Of a stretch of 64,000 bases of DNA, positions 47,279 to 57,417 are shown piece after piece; positions within the stretch are counted from its first letter, which is position 1, and each line of letters opens with the position of its first letter. The position numbers and the translations under genes are program-made. The notes beneath the pieces were generated by a model. It was not told where the DNA came from. It did no database searches and saw only the letters and a list, made by a program, of their open reading frames with translations. The stretch is from positions 55,102 to 119,101 of the forward strand of contig JAWLAT010000008.1 in NCBI GenBank assembly GCA_041395325.1. The letters are read 5' to 3'. Origin of the DNA: Lysobacterales bacterium. GTDB lineage: Bacteria > Pseudomonadota > Gammaproteobacteria > Xanthomonadales > SZUA-5.

Positions 47279-49752
47279 CTATTGTCTGGCGATGAAGGCC
47301 TGCAGGTCTTCGATCCAGAAGGCCGGTGCGTCGGCGCCGTCGGCCTCGGCGCGGGCAGCCATTGCCAGAACCTCGCTGCGGCTGGCGCCGGCCGCCGCCA
47401 GGGTCTGCGCCAACTCGAAGGCCAGCGTGGCGCGAACGATCGGCGGGTAGCTGTCGGCGTAGCCATCCAGCACCGTTTGCAGGATCTGGCGCGAGGCCTC
47501 GATCTGGCCCAGATCGCGCAGCAGACTGCCGCTGCCGGCCGCCGCCGCGCCATACAGCCGGTGCCGCTCGCCCAGTACCTTGGCGGCGCTGCGGAGCAGG
47601 GCCTGATATTGCGCCAGCGCTGGCTCGGTCTGCCCCTTCTCGGTCAGCGCGCGGGCGTAGGCAAACTGCAGGAACATCACGTTGCGGTGCTCGGCCCCAA
47701 CGCTGTTCAGACCGGCCTGGGTGGCCTTCTCCAGCAGCGCCAGCGCCTCATCCGGACGATCGTAGGTGACCAGCATGTTGGCGTAGTTGTTGGCCGCCAC
47801 CAGATAGGCGTTGTGGTGTGTGCCAAAACCGCGCTCGACGCCATCAAGCGCCTGTTTCCCCAGTGTCAGAGCCTTGTCCTGATCGCCGCTGCGGTGGACG
47901 GCCCAGGCATAGGCGCGCAGCAGGCTGGCAGTCTGCGGCGCCTGGTCACCGTAGATCCGACGATAGTCCGTCAGCGCCGAGGCCAGCATCTCGCTGCCGC
48001 GTTCCAGCTGGCCGGCGTTGGACACTAGGTGCTGGCCATAGTAGTTCGCCCACTGCGCCTTGCGCGCCGGGTCACGGGTTTGGCGCAGGATCAGCTCCGC
48101 GGTCTCAAACCACCGCTTCACTTCGCTTTCCGGTGATCCGGCGACGCTGTTGGCCAGGGCGATGCCATTGGCACTGTCTGCGGCGGTCGGCAGATCACCG
48201 CCGACCATCGCCAGCAGCAGGGCACGCTCCAGCACCGGCTGCGCCGCCGTGAGACCGGTCAGCTCGGTCAGGGTATTGCCACGCAGCGCGGTGTAGCGCG
48301 CCAGCGTCGGCAGATGATCGAAGGCGGTCACGGCCGCGTCGATCTGGTCGAGTTGCTCCAGCGCCGCCTGATAGCGCCCGGCGGTGCGCTTCGCCCAGGC
48401 CTCGGCGAGTTGTTCGTCCAGCCGTTGGTACTCCGCCCGCGGCGCTTGGCCGCTGGGCAGCGGCACCCGGCTGAGCAGCGACTGCCGATCGGCGCAGGCG
48501 CTGGGGCTGGGCAGCTTGAGGACGGCCTCCAGCGCGCCGTCGACCAGCTGCGGATCGGCGTTCGCGAACTGGCGGCCCAGCGCATCCAGCTGGCTGAGCT
48601 GACCCTCCAGACAGACCATCCGCCGATCCAGCAGATCGGCCGATTGCTCATTGCGCTCGTGGGTTGCCTGACAGGCCGACAGCTGTTGATCGCTCCAGTC
48701 GCCGAGATAGCGTTGAACAGCGCTGTCGACGCGCTGGAAACTGTCCCCGGCATAGCTCAGGCCGGTGGCCAGAAAGGCCTGCCGCAACCGTTGCACGCCG
48801 CTTCCCTGCCAGACGGTCGAAGGCTGCTCGATGCGCTGACACAACGGTGGGCGATGGCTTTGCTGATAGCCGAATACGGCGGTGAGCAGGACCAGAGTGG
48901 CGCCCATGGCCAACAGTCCGCGGCGTTGGGCTCGGCCCGTCTGAGGCCGAAGGGCGGCCAGCACCGGTGCGAGATCCGCATGCCGATGGTCCGGCTCCAC
49001 GGCCAGGCCTAGTCGCAACGCCTGGCGCAAGCGGGGTTCCAGAGGTAGCGCATTGAGCGCATCGGGGTTGCGCCGCAGTTGTTCCAGATCGGCCCCCAGA
49101 CTGGCGCACAGCGACAGGCAGAAGGCGTACTGGTCGGATCGGGCACTGGCTTCACGCCCAGCCAGTTGCTCCGGCGCCATGAATCGCGGCGTGCCGTGGC
49201 CGGCGCCGTAGTCATCGATTCTGCGCGCCGAAATGGCCAGTCCGAAGTCCATGACCCGGACTCGCTGGTCACGGCTGATCATGACATTGTCGGGCTTAAA
49301 ATCCCGATGGACGATGCCGGCGGCATGTGCGGCCGACAGGCCCGCCCCGGCTTGAGCATAGGCCTGCAGCACCTCGGCGACGCCGGGCTCGCACTGGGCC
49401 ACCCAGTCATGCAAGGTCCAGCCGTCGACGAATTCCGTGATCAGATAGACCTGGTCCTCGAACTCCCCCACATCGAACAACGGCAGGATGTTGGGATGGG
49501 AGAGCTGGGCCAGCGCGCGGGCCTCGGCAATCAGTCGCCGATTCGAGTCCTCGCCATCGGACTCCGGTTTCAGGAATTTCAGGCAAACGCGGCGGTCGAG
49601 CACGCCGTCGTAGGCACCGTAGACCCGCCCCATGCCGCCTTCACCCACTTGCGTGAGCACCACCAGTCGACCGACCTGGGTACCGCTGGCCAGCCGCCGA
49701 TCGCCATCCGAGATCGGCGCGGTATCGATGCCCTGAGTGGTGTTGCCTGCAG

Positions 49753-49756
<4 letters not shown>
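47279..49756 (-). CDS. Hanks-type Ser/Thr protein kinase with one TM helix and large TPR-repeat extracytoplasmic/C-terminal region
   Basis: VGEGGMGRVYGAYD (Gly loop), VCLKFL (Lys), HRDFKPDNVMI (catalytic loop), DFGLA, PRFMAPEQ. TM LLAMGATLVLLTAVFGY. GTG start overlaps the upstream stop (GTGA at 49753-49756). Confidence 0.9.
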
Positions 49757-51483
<1,727 letters not shown>

Positions 51484-51669
51484 TCGGCGATTCGTGGGTC
51501 GCGAGCTCGAGCACCCGACTCTAACCGAATCGTGGTCGATGGAAAGCGTTTCGTGCCGCTTGCCGTGGGCGCCGGCGGCAATGGTCACCTGGCCTGAGGC
51601 TTGAGGGTCAGCTGACGCTCAGTCGTGTCTGGTACGGGTGCCGCGTCCGTTCTACCGGCTTCGCGTGCT

Positions 51670-53253
51670 TCAAGGCGCGTTCTGGTCCAGACGAATCACC
51701 GACACCGAGCGCGGGGGCAGCACCACCTGCAGTCGAGTACCGTCCAGCGTCACTGCCAAGGCCCGCGGTATCACCGTGTCCGGCGCTTCGAAGCTGTTGA
51801 CGCTATCGATCGCAGGCGCGCTGAGCGTTTCAGCGGTGACGCGGTGCTGGGAATCGTCGTCGATCTCGACGTCCAGCGGCGCCTCGCGCGCCGGATGCAG
51901 ATTGGTCAGCGCCAGCAGCAGCTGACCGTCGACCGCGCGGGCCGCGATGCCGTCCACCCGCGGCAGCTCGATATCGCCTTCCTCCCAGCTGCCCGCCTCG
52001 ATGCGCAACGGCAGCACCCGCGCCTGCTGGAATGGCACATACATCCGGAACACGTGATAGGTGGGCGTCAGCAACATGCGCTCGTCCTGGGTCAGGATCA
52101 TGGCCTGCAGCACATTCACCATCTGCGCGATGTTGGCCATGCGCACGCGCTCGGCGTGGCGCGCGAAGATGTTGATGTTCAACGCCGCGATCAGGCCATC
52201 GCGCAGGCTGTTCTGCTGCATCAGAAAGCCCGGATTGGTGCCCTCTGCCGGCGCGTACCAGGCGCCCCATTCGTCGACCGCCAGGGCCAGCTTCCGCTCC
52301 GGATCATAGCGATCCATGATCGCGGCGTGCTGCGTGATCAGCGCGTCCATCTTCAGCGTCGCCTGCAGAATCTCGGCGTATTCGCGGGTGCCGAACCCCG
52401 TCGCGGCGTGCTTGTTGGCCCAGTCGATCACCGTGTAGTAATGCAGCGAGAGCCCCTCGATATCCCAGCTCCACTGCCGCGCCTGCCACGCCGCCATCAC
52501 CGCTTCGGTCCATTCCAGGAAGCGCGGCTCGCCGCCGCCCGGACCGACCGCGATGCGCTGCATCCGATCCTCGGATTGCTGATCAGGGTGGTAGTTGCGG
52601 GCAAAGCGCGCGTAGCGCTTCATCTCCTCGACATAGGTTTCGGGCGACATGTTGCCGCCGCAATCCCAGCTCTCGTTGCCCAGCCCGAGGAAGGGAATGC
52701 GCCAGGGTGCCTCGCGACCGTTGGCCGCGCGCTCGCGCGCCAGCGTCGTCGGCAGCGCGGCGGTCATGTATTCCAGCCACGCAGCCGCCTCGCGTGGCGT
52801 GCCCGAGCCCACATTGACCGAGATGAAGGGCTCGGCGCCGATCTGCGCGGCGAAGTCCATGAACTCATGCGTGCCGAACGCGTTGGATTCGGTCACGCTG
52901 CCCCAGTCGGGATTGAGCGTCACCGGGCGTTGGTCGCCGATGCCGTCGCGCCAGTGGTAGTAGTCGGCGAAGCAGCCGCCGGGCCAACGGACGTTGGGGA
53001 CCTTCAGGGCGCGCAGCGCCGCGACCACGTCATTGCGGATGCCGCGCGTGTTCGGAATCGACGAATCCGGTCCCACCCAGACTCCGCCGTAGATGCCGTG
53101 CCCCAAATGCTCGGCGAACTGGCCAAAGAGGTGACGATTGATCGTCGGGCCAGGTTCGCCGGTGCTCACCACCGCCGGTATCGATTCGCCTGATGCGGCC
53201 AGCGGCATCGCCCACAACACGAACCACGACAGCACACCCCAGCTGCGGCTCAT
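51670..53253 (-). CDS. abfA: GH51 alpha-L-arabinofuranosidase, secreted
   Basis: INRHLFGQFAEHLGHGIYGG.W, VRWPGGCFADYYHWRDGIG, LGNESW (acid/base Glu) and DEWG.W (nucleophile Glu) motifs. Signal peptide present. Confidence 0.92.
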   Translation of the reverse strand: MSRSWGVLSWFVLWAMPLAASGESIPAVVSTGEPGPTINRHLFGQFAEHLGHGIYGGVWVGPDSSIPNTRGIRNDVVAALRALKVPNVRWPGGCFADYYHWRDGIGDQRPVTLNPDWGSVTESNAFGTHEFMDFAAQIGAEPFISVNVGSGTPREAAAWLEYMTAALPTTLARERAANGREAPWRIPFLGLGNESWDCGGNMSPETYVEEMKRYARFARNYHPDQQSEDRMQRIAVGPGGGEPRFLEWTEAVMAAWQARQWSWDIEGLSLHYYTVIDWANKHAATGFGTREYAEILQATLKMDALITQHAAIMDRYDPERKLALAVDEWGAWYAPAEGTNPGFLMQQNSLRDGLIAALNINIFARHAERVRMANIAQMVNVLQAMILTQDERMLLTPTYHVFRMYVPFQQARVLPLRIEAGSWEEGDIELPRVDGIAARAVDGQLLLALTNLHPAREAPLDVEIDDDSQHRVTAETLSAPAIDSVNSFEAPDTVIPRALAVTLDGTRLQVVLPPRSVSVIRLDQNAP

Positions 53254-53403
53254 GGTCTCCCCCGATAGTGGTCAACCTGAGCGATCCTAACGCCGTTTGG
53301 ATAGTGCATGACAGCGCAGGACAGGAAACGGTCCCGGCACTTGCACTGCGCGACCCGGACTCCCCAAGATCACACGTCGGTGCGCTGAAGTTCCGAGGTC
53401 TGC

Positions 53404-53913
53404 ATGCTGTCGAAATGGTTTCGTCGCTCCAAGCCGCGGGTATTTCTCGGCTCACTCGTCGTGCTGCCACGCACCGACCTCAAGCGTTACTTGGAGTGGT
53501 CCGGTACCGGCACGGAGGTCGACGAGAAGCTGCGATCGAAGCTGGTCGAACTCATCAGCCTGCCGCCGGCCGATCAGCTGCAGGAACCACGGGACAACGA
53601 CCTCTGCCTGGATGTTGCCATCCCTGCTTTCCAGTCTGGCTCAGGAGCGCCGTTGCATCTGGGTGGCGAGGTGTTGCCGCTGATGTGGCGACCCAAGATC
53701 ACGGTGATCGGACAGTTGCGCCAGATCAGCACGGGACGGACTCACAGCCACGCCAAGGTCACCCACAAGATGCCTTGGTCGCGTTTCCTTGCCGGCAGCC
53801 TCAACTGGCGCCTGATTTTCTGGGAAATGACCGGTGCAAGCCCAGCGCAAATGCAGGCGCTGCTTCACGAGGCCTGCATCAAGCTGCTGCAGCGGCTGCG
53901 GAAGACGCTCTGA
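53404..53913 (+). CDS. Hypothetical protein (169 aa)
   Basis: ATG ORF with plausible composition in a slightly lower-GC stretch. No motif recognised. Confidence 0.45.
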   Translation: MLSKWFRRSKPRVFLGSLVVLPRTDLKRYLEWSGTGTEVDEKLRSKLVELISLPPADQLQEPRDNDLCLDVAIPAFQSGSGAPLHLGGEVLPLMWRPKITVIGQLRQISTGRTHSHAKVTHKMPWSRFLAGSLNWRLIFWEMTGASPAQMQALLHEACIKLLQRLRKTL

Positions 53914-54107
53914 TCGACCCTGCTCGGCGGCACCTGGATGAGCAGGCAGTATTGTCGACCGGGTCTGTCCTTGGCCGGCTGATTCATGTCCACGTGGATT
54001 CACTTCTGGTCGGGCAGCCATGGCTGCGAATTGGCTGATTGACGTCGGCGGGCAAAAAGCAGCTCGTTGCCCGCGGTTCCTCACCCCAGCCAGCCACAGC
54101 GGCTACC

Positions 54108-55811
54108 ATGCGCGGTTTGCAGCCTTCGGAGCGCACGGTCTTGCCAAAGACAGTTTTCCAATGGGCCCTGCTCGGGCTGCTGATGTCGGCGACTGCGTCC
54201 GCCCATCACCCCAGTGGGCCTGAGCCGGTCACCAACGACGTGGTGATCGCAAAGGTCTACACCGACAGCGAGGACCGACTGAAGCAGCTGCGCGAGAACC
54301 ACGATCTTTGGTACTACCTGTGGCGGGAGGGGTATGCCGTCATCCGCACCGATCGCAACCGGCTGCCGGCCGATGCGCAGATCGATCAGGCGCTGACGGC
54401 AGGGCTGTACGCACCGCCGGTGCTCAGCAAGGGTGGCGGCACGCTCGGTGCGCGTCCCTGCTATCGCACCGTCGAGCAGACCTACGCGGATCTGCAGGCG
54501 CTGAGCGTCAGCCACCCCGATCTGGCCACCTGGGTCGACATCGGCGACAGCTGGGAAAAGACTCAGGGTCTGGGCGGGCATGACACCCATGCGCTGGTGC
54601 TGACGAATTCGTCGATCCCCGGTCCCAAGCCCATCTACATGGTGATGAGCGCGATCCACGCGCGCGAGCTGAGCACCGCCGAGGTGAACACGCGCTTTGC
54701 CGAGATGCTGGTGGCCAACTACGGCGTGGATGCCGACACCACCTGGATGCTGGACTACTTCGAGGTCCATATCCTGCCGCAGCAGAATCCCGACGGCCGC
54801 AAGATGGCCGAGGCGCAATGCGCCAGTTCCTGCAATCCCGGCTGGCGCAAGAACACCAACCAGAACTACTGCGGCGCGGCGTCGAGCTCACGCGGGGCCG
54901 ATCTCAACCGCAATTCCTCCGGCACCTTCTGGGGCGGCAGTTCCGCCAGCGGCAGCGCCTGCAATGATTCCTACCGCGGTCCTTCCGCCGCCTCAGAGCC
55001 GGAAACACAGTCGGTGGAGAACTATGCGGCCAGCGTGTTTCCGGATTTTCGGGTCGAATCGCCCGGAGACCTGACCACGCCGGCTGATCCCAATGCCGAC
55101 GGCGTGTTCGTTTCCATTCACAGCACCGGCGACATCGCCTTCTACCCGTGGGAAGGCAGCAATGCGCTGCCACCGAACCTGGCGGGCCTGCGCGGCCTGG
55201 CGCAGAAGATGGGCTTCGCCAGCGGCTTCGCGGCCTGCCAGAACTGTTTCCTGGGCCCGGCTTCCGGCACCACGGTCGACAACATCTACGAGAAGCTGGG
55301 CGTTGCCGCCTACACCTTCGAGATTGGCAGCAGCTTTGGCCAGAGCTGCGCCAGCTTCGAATCCACGGTGCTGCCGGAGACCCTCGCCGGTCTGCAGGCC
55401 GGCATCAAGCACACCCGCCGCCCCTATCAGACCGCGCTGGGGCCGGATGTGCGCGATGTGACGCTCACCAGCAACGGCGGATCGATCACCCTCAGTGCCG
55501 TCGCCGATGACACCCGGCGAGCGGTCAACGGCGGCGGTGAACCGGTCGATGCCGCCCAGCCGATCGCCGAGGTGCGCTACACCGTCGGCGAACCACCCTG
55601 GATCGCCACCCAGGCCTTTGCCCTGAATGCCGACGATGGTCAGTTCGACGAGAGCATTGAGGCGGTCAGCGCGCCGCTCACCCAGATTTCCGGCCAGAGC
55701 ATCGTCTTTGTCTACGCGATCGACAGCAATGGCAATCAGGGCCCGCCCTCAGCCGTGTTCGTGAATGCGGACGACATCTTTGCCGACGGGATGGAGAGTC
55801 CGGTGCGATGA
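54108..55811 (+). CDS. Secreted M14-family zinc carboxypeptidase with C-terminal DGME tail
   Basis: Signal peptide ...FQWALLGLLMSATASA (ATG 54108). SAIHARELSTAE (HxxE zinc site), NPDGR, and a later H...Y/E pattern of Peptidase_M14. Ends NADDIFADGMESPVR*. Confidence 0.88.
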   Translation: MRGLQPSERTVLPKTVFQWALLGLLMSATASAHHPSGPEPVTNDVVIAKVYTDSEDRLKQLRENHDLWYYLWREGYAVIRTDRNRLPADAQIDQALTAGLYAPPVLSKGGGTLGARPCYRTVEQTYADLQALSVSHPDLATWVDIGDSWEKTQGLGGHDTHALVLTNSSIPGPKPIYMVMSAIHARELSTAEVNTRFAEMLVANYGVDADTTWMLDYFEVHILPQQNPDGRKMAEAQCASSCNPGWRKNTNQNYCGAASSSRGADLNRNSSGTFWGGSSASGSACNDSYRGPSAASEPETQSVENYAASVFPDFRVESPGDLTTPADPNADGVFVSIHSTGDIAFYPWEGSNALPPNLAGLRGLAQKMGFASGFAACQNCFLGPASGTTVDNIYEKLGVAAYTFEIGSSFGQSCASFESTVLPETLAGLQAGIKHTRRPYQTALGPDVRDVTLTSNGGSITLSAVADDTRRAVNGGGEPVDAAQPIAEVRYTVGEPPWIATQAFALNADDGQFDESIEAVSAPLTQISGQSIVFVYAIDSNGNQGPPSAVFVNADDIFADGMESPVR

Positions 55812-55833
55812 CTCGCTACTGGCTCGCGACAGA

Positions 55834-55853
55834 ATGTAGTAATGTTCCTACAT
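55834..55853. promoter_or_regulatory. Inverted repeat ATGTAG-N8-CTACAT, candidate autoregulatory operator of the TA operon
   Basis: 6-bp perfect arms, 22 nt upstream of the antitoxin ATG, in the only AT-rich patch of the intergenic region. Confidence 0.4.
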
Positions 55854-55874
55854 GCTCTGAATCGAGGCGTTTCC

Positions 55875-56129
55875 ATGCCGATCACAACGCTCTCCAGTCG
55901 TGAACTCAATCAGGACGTCACTCGCGCCAAGAAGGCCACCAAGAGCGGCCCCGTGTTCATCACCGATCGCGGCAGGCCAGCGCATGTGCTGTTGAGCTTC
56001 GAGGACTATCAGCGGCTGACCGGGCAGCGGCGAAACATCGCCGATGTGCTGGCCGTGCCTGGGCTTGCGGAGCTCGACTTTCAGCCGCCGCGCATTGACA
56101 TCGGGGCCAGACCCGCCGATCTCGAATGA
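55875..56129 (+). CDS. Type II antitoxin, Phd/YefM family
   Basis: MPITTLSSRELNQDVTRAKKATKSGPVFITDRGRPAHVLLSFEDYQRL is the classic Phd/YefM N-terminal fold pattern. ATGA overlap with the toxin gene. Confidence 0.85.
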   Translation: MPITTLSSRELNQDVTRAKKATKSGPVFITDRGRPAHVLLSFEDYQRLTGQRRNIADVLAVPGLAELDFQPPRIDIGARPADLE

Positions 56130-56554
56130 TGTATGTGGTCGACACCAATGTGCTGTCCGAGCTGCGCAAGGTGCGACTCGGAACGGCCGACGCGAACGTC
56201 ACTGCATGGGCGGAAAGCGTGGATGCAGCCGAGCTCTACGTGTCGGTGATCAGCCTGATGGAGCTGGAGTTGGGCGTATTGTCCATCGAACGACGCGATG
56301 CCAGTCAGGGCGCGATGCTGCGCGCCTGGCTGGAGCAGAAGGTGTTGCCCGAATTCGCCGAGCGCACTCTGCCGATTGATACCGCGGTGGCATTGCGCTG
56401 CGCCCGATTGCATGTGCCCGACAAGCGTGGCGAGCGAGACGGCCTCATCGCCGCCACGGCGCTGATTCACCGGATGACGGTGGTGACACGCAATGTGGCG
56501 GATTTCGAGCCGACCGGGGTGAGCATGATCAACCCCTGGGAGCCGCTGTCGTGA
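56126..56554 (+). CDS. vapC: Type II toxin, PIN-domain ribonuclease VapC (FitB-like)
   Basis: MMYVVDTNVLSE (first acidic residue), SVISLMELE, DGLIAATA, VVTRNVADF; the four PIN acidic positions are in order. Confidence 0.9.
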   Translation: MMYVVDTNVLSELRKVRLGTADANVTAWAESVDAAELYVSVISLMELELGVLSIERRDASQGAMLRAWLEQKVLPEFAERTLPIDTAVALRCARLHVPDKRGERDGLIAATALIHRMTVVTRNVADFEPTGVSMINPWEPLS

Positions 56555-56623
56555 GTCGGATCCACTGCAACGGCGGCTCAATCAGGGGCTGAATGAAGCC
56601 GACGAGTGCGACACACCCAGAAC

Positions 56624-57199
56624 TCAGTCCGCTGGCCAGTTCGCCAGTTCCGGGCAGTTCGTCAGGTCTTGTCCTGCCTCACTCTCCAGGTCGCGCAGCA
56701 GTCTGGAAACGACGCTTTCAATGACATTGCGTTCGTTGGAAGTCGGATCGATGCCGATGAACGAGGTCGTCTTGACCATCTGCTCATAGCTGAACTCGCC
56801 GACGATCTCCCCACGGCATTCGACGCTGAAAGTGGCCGTGTAGAGCATCGAGCGGCTCGTCGGCACGAGAAACAGGGTGGCCGCGTTGAACATCAGCTTG
56901 GCCACGTCGGCGCCGGCGGAATCGGTCGTCGAGCCTTGTACATGGGCCCGAATCTGTCGGGGCAGGAAGGGACTGTTCAACCGGATTTCGTCGAACAGGC
57001 CGGACTCGATCAGTTGCTGGCGAACTGACAAGTGCGTGGTGCTGACATAGCTGCCGTCGCTGTAGACGTAGCCATCATTCACCACCAGTCCGACCGTCCC
57101 GTATCGACCAGGCTGAGCCGAGAATTTCGCTATTTCAAGCGTCTGCGTTGTCTGGCAACCACAAAGCAAGGTGAGCATTGCGAGCAGGATCCAACGCAC
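56624..57199 (-). CDS. Hypothetical lipoprotein
   Basis: GTG start, RWILLAMLTLLCGC lipobox, lower-GC gene. No other motif. Confidence 0.6.
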   Translation of the reverse strand: MRWILLAMLTLLCGCQTTQTLEIAKFSAQPGRYGTVGLVVNDGYVYSDGSYVSTTHLSVRQQLIESGLFDEIRLNSPFLPRQIRAHVQGSTTDSAGADVAKLMFNAATLFLVPTSRSMLYTATFSVECRGEIVGEFSYEQMVKTTSFIGIDPTSNERNVIESVVSRLLRDLESEAGQDLTNCPELANWPAD

Positions 57200-57417
57200 G
57201 GCTGGCCCTCGATCAGGAGTTCGGCCGGTAGTAGAAGAGGCCTGCGCGGGTCACGCAAGAGGGCAAACCGGAGATTCTGCCCACTGTTGTGGTCTCGCGG
57301 CCCGCAACACCAGGCACCCCAAATCGCAGTCCCCGCAACCGCCTGTGATTGCCTGACAGGGGAACTGTGCCCAGGCTTTCAGGGTCGGCCTGCGGGGCGG
57401 TTGAAGGGTATTTGCGC

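Noticed and set aside
54021-54036. Weak sigma-54-like site TGGCTGCGAATTGGCT upstream of the M14 peptidase gene
   Set aside because: GG-N10-GC spacing is correct, but both half-sites deviate (TGGCTG, TGGC). This is too weak to call without a PWM score.
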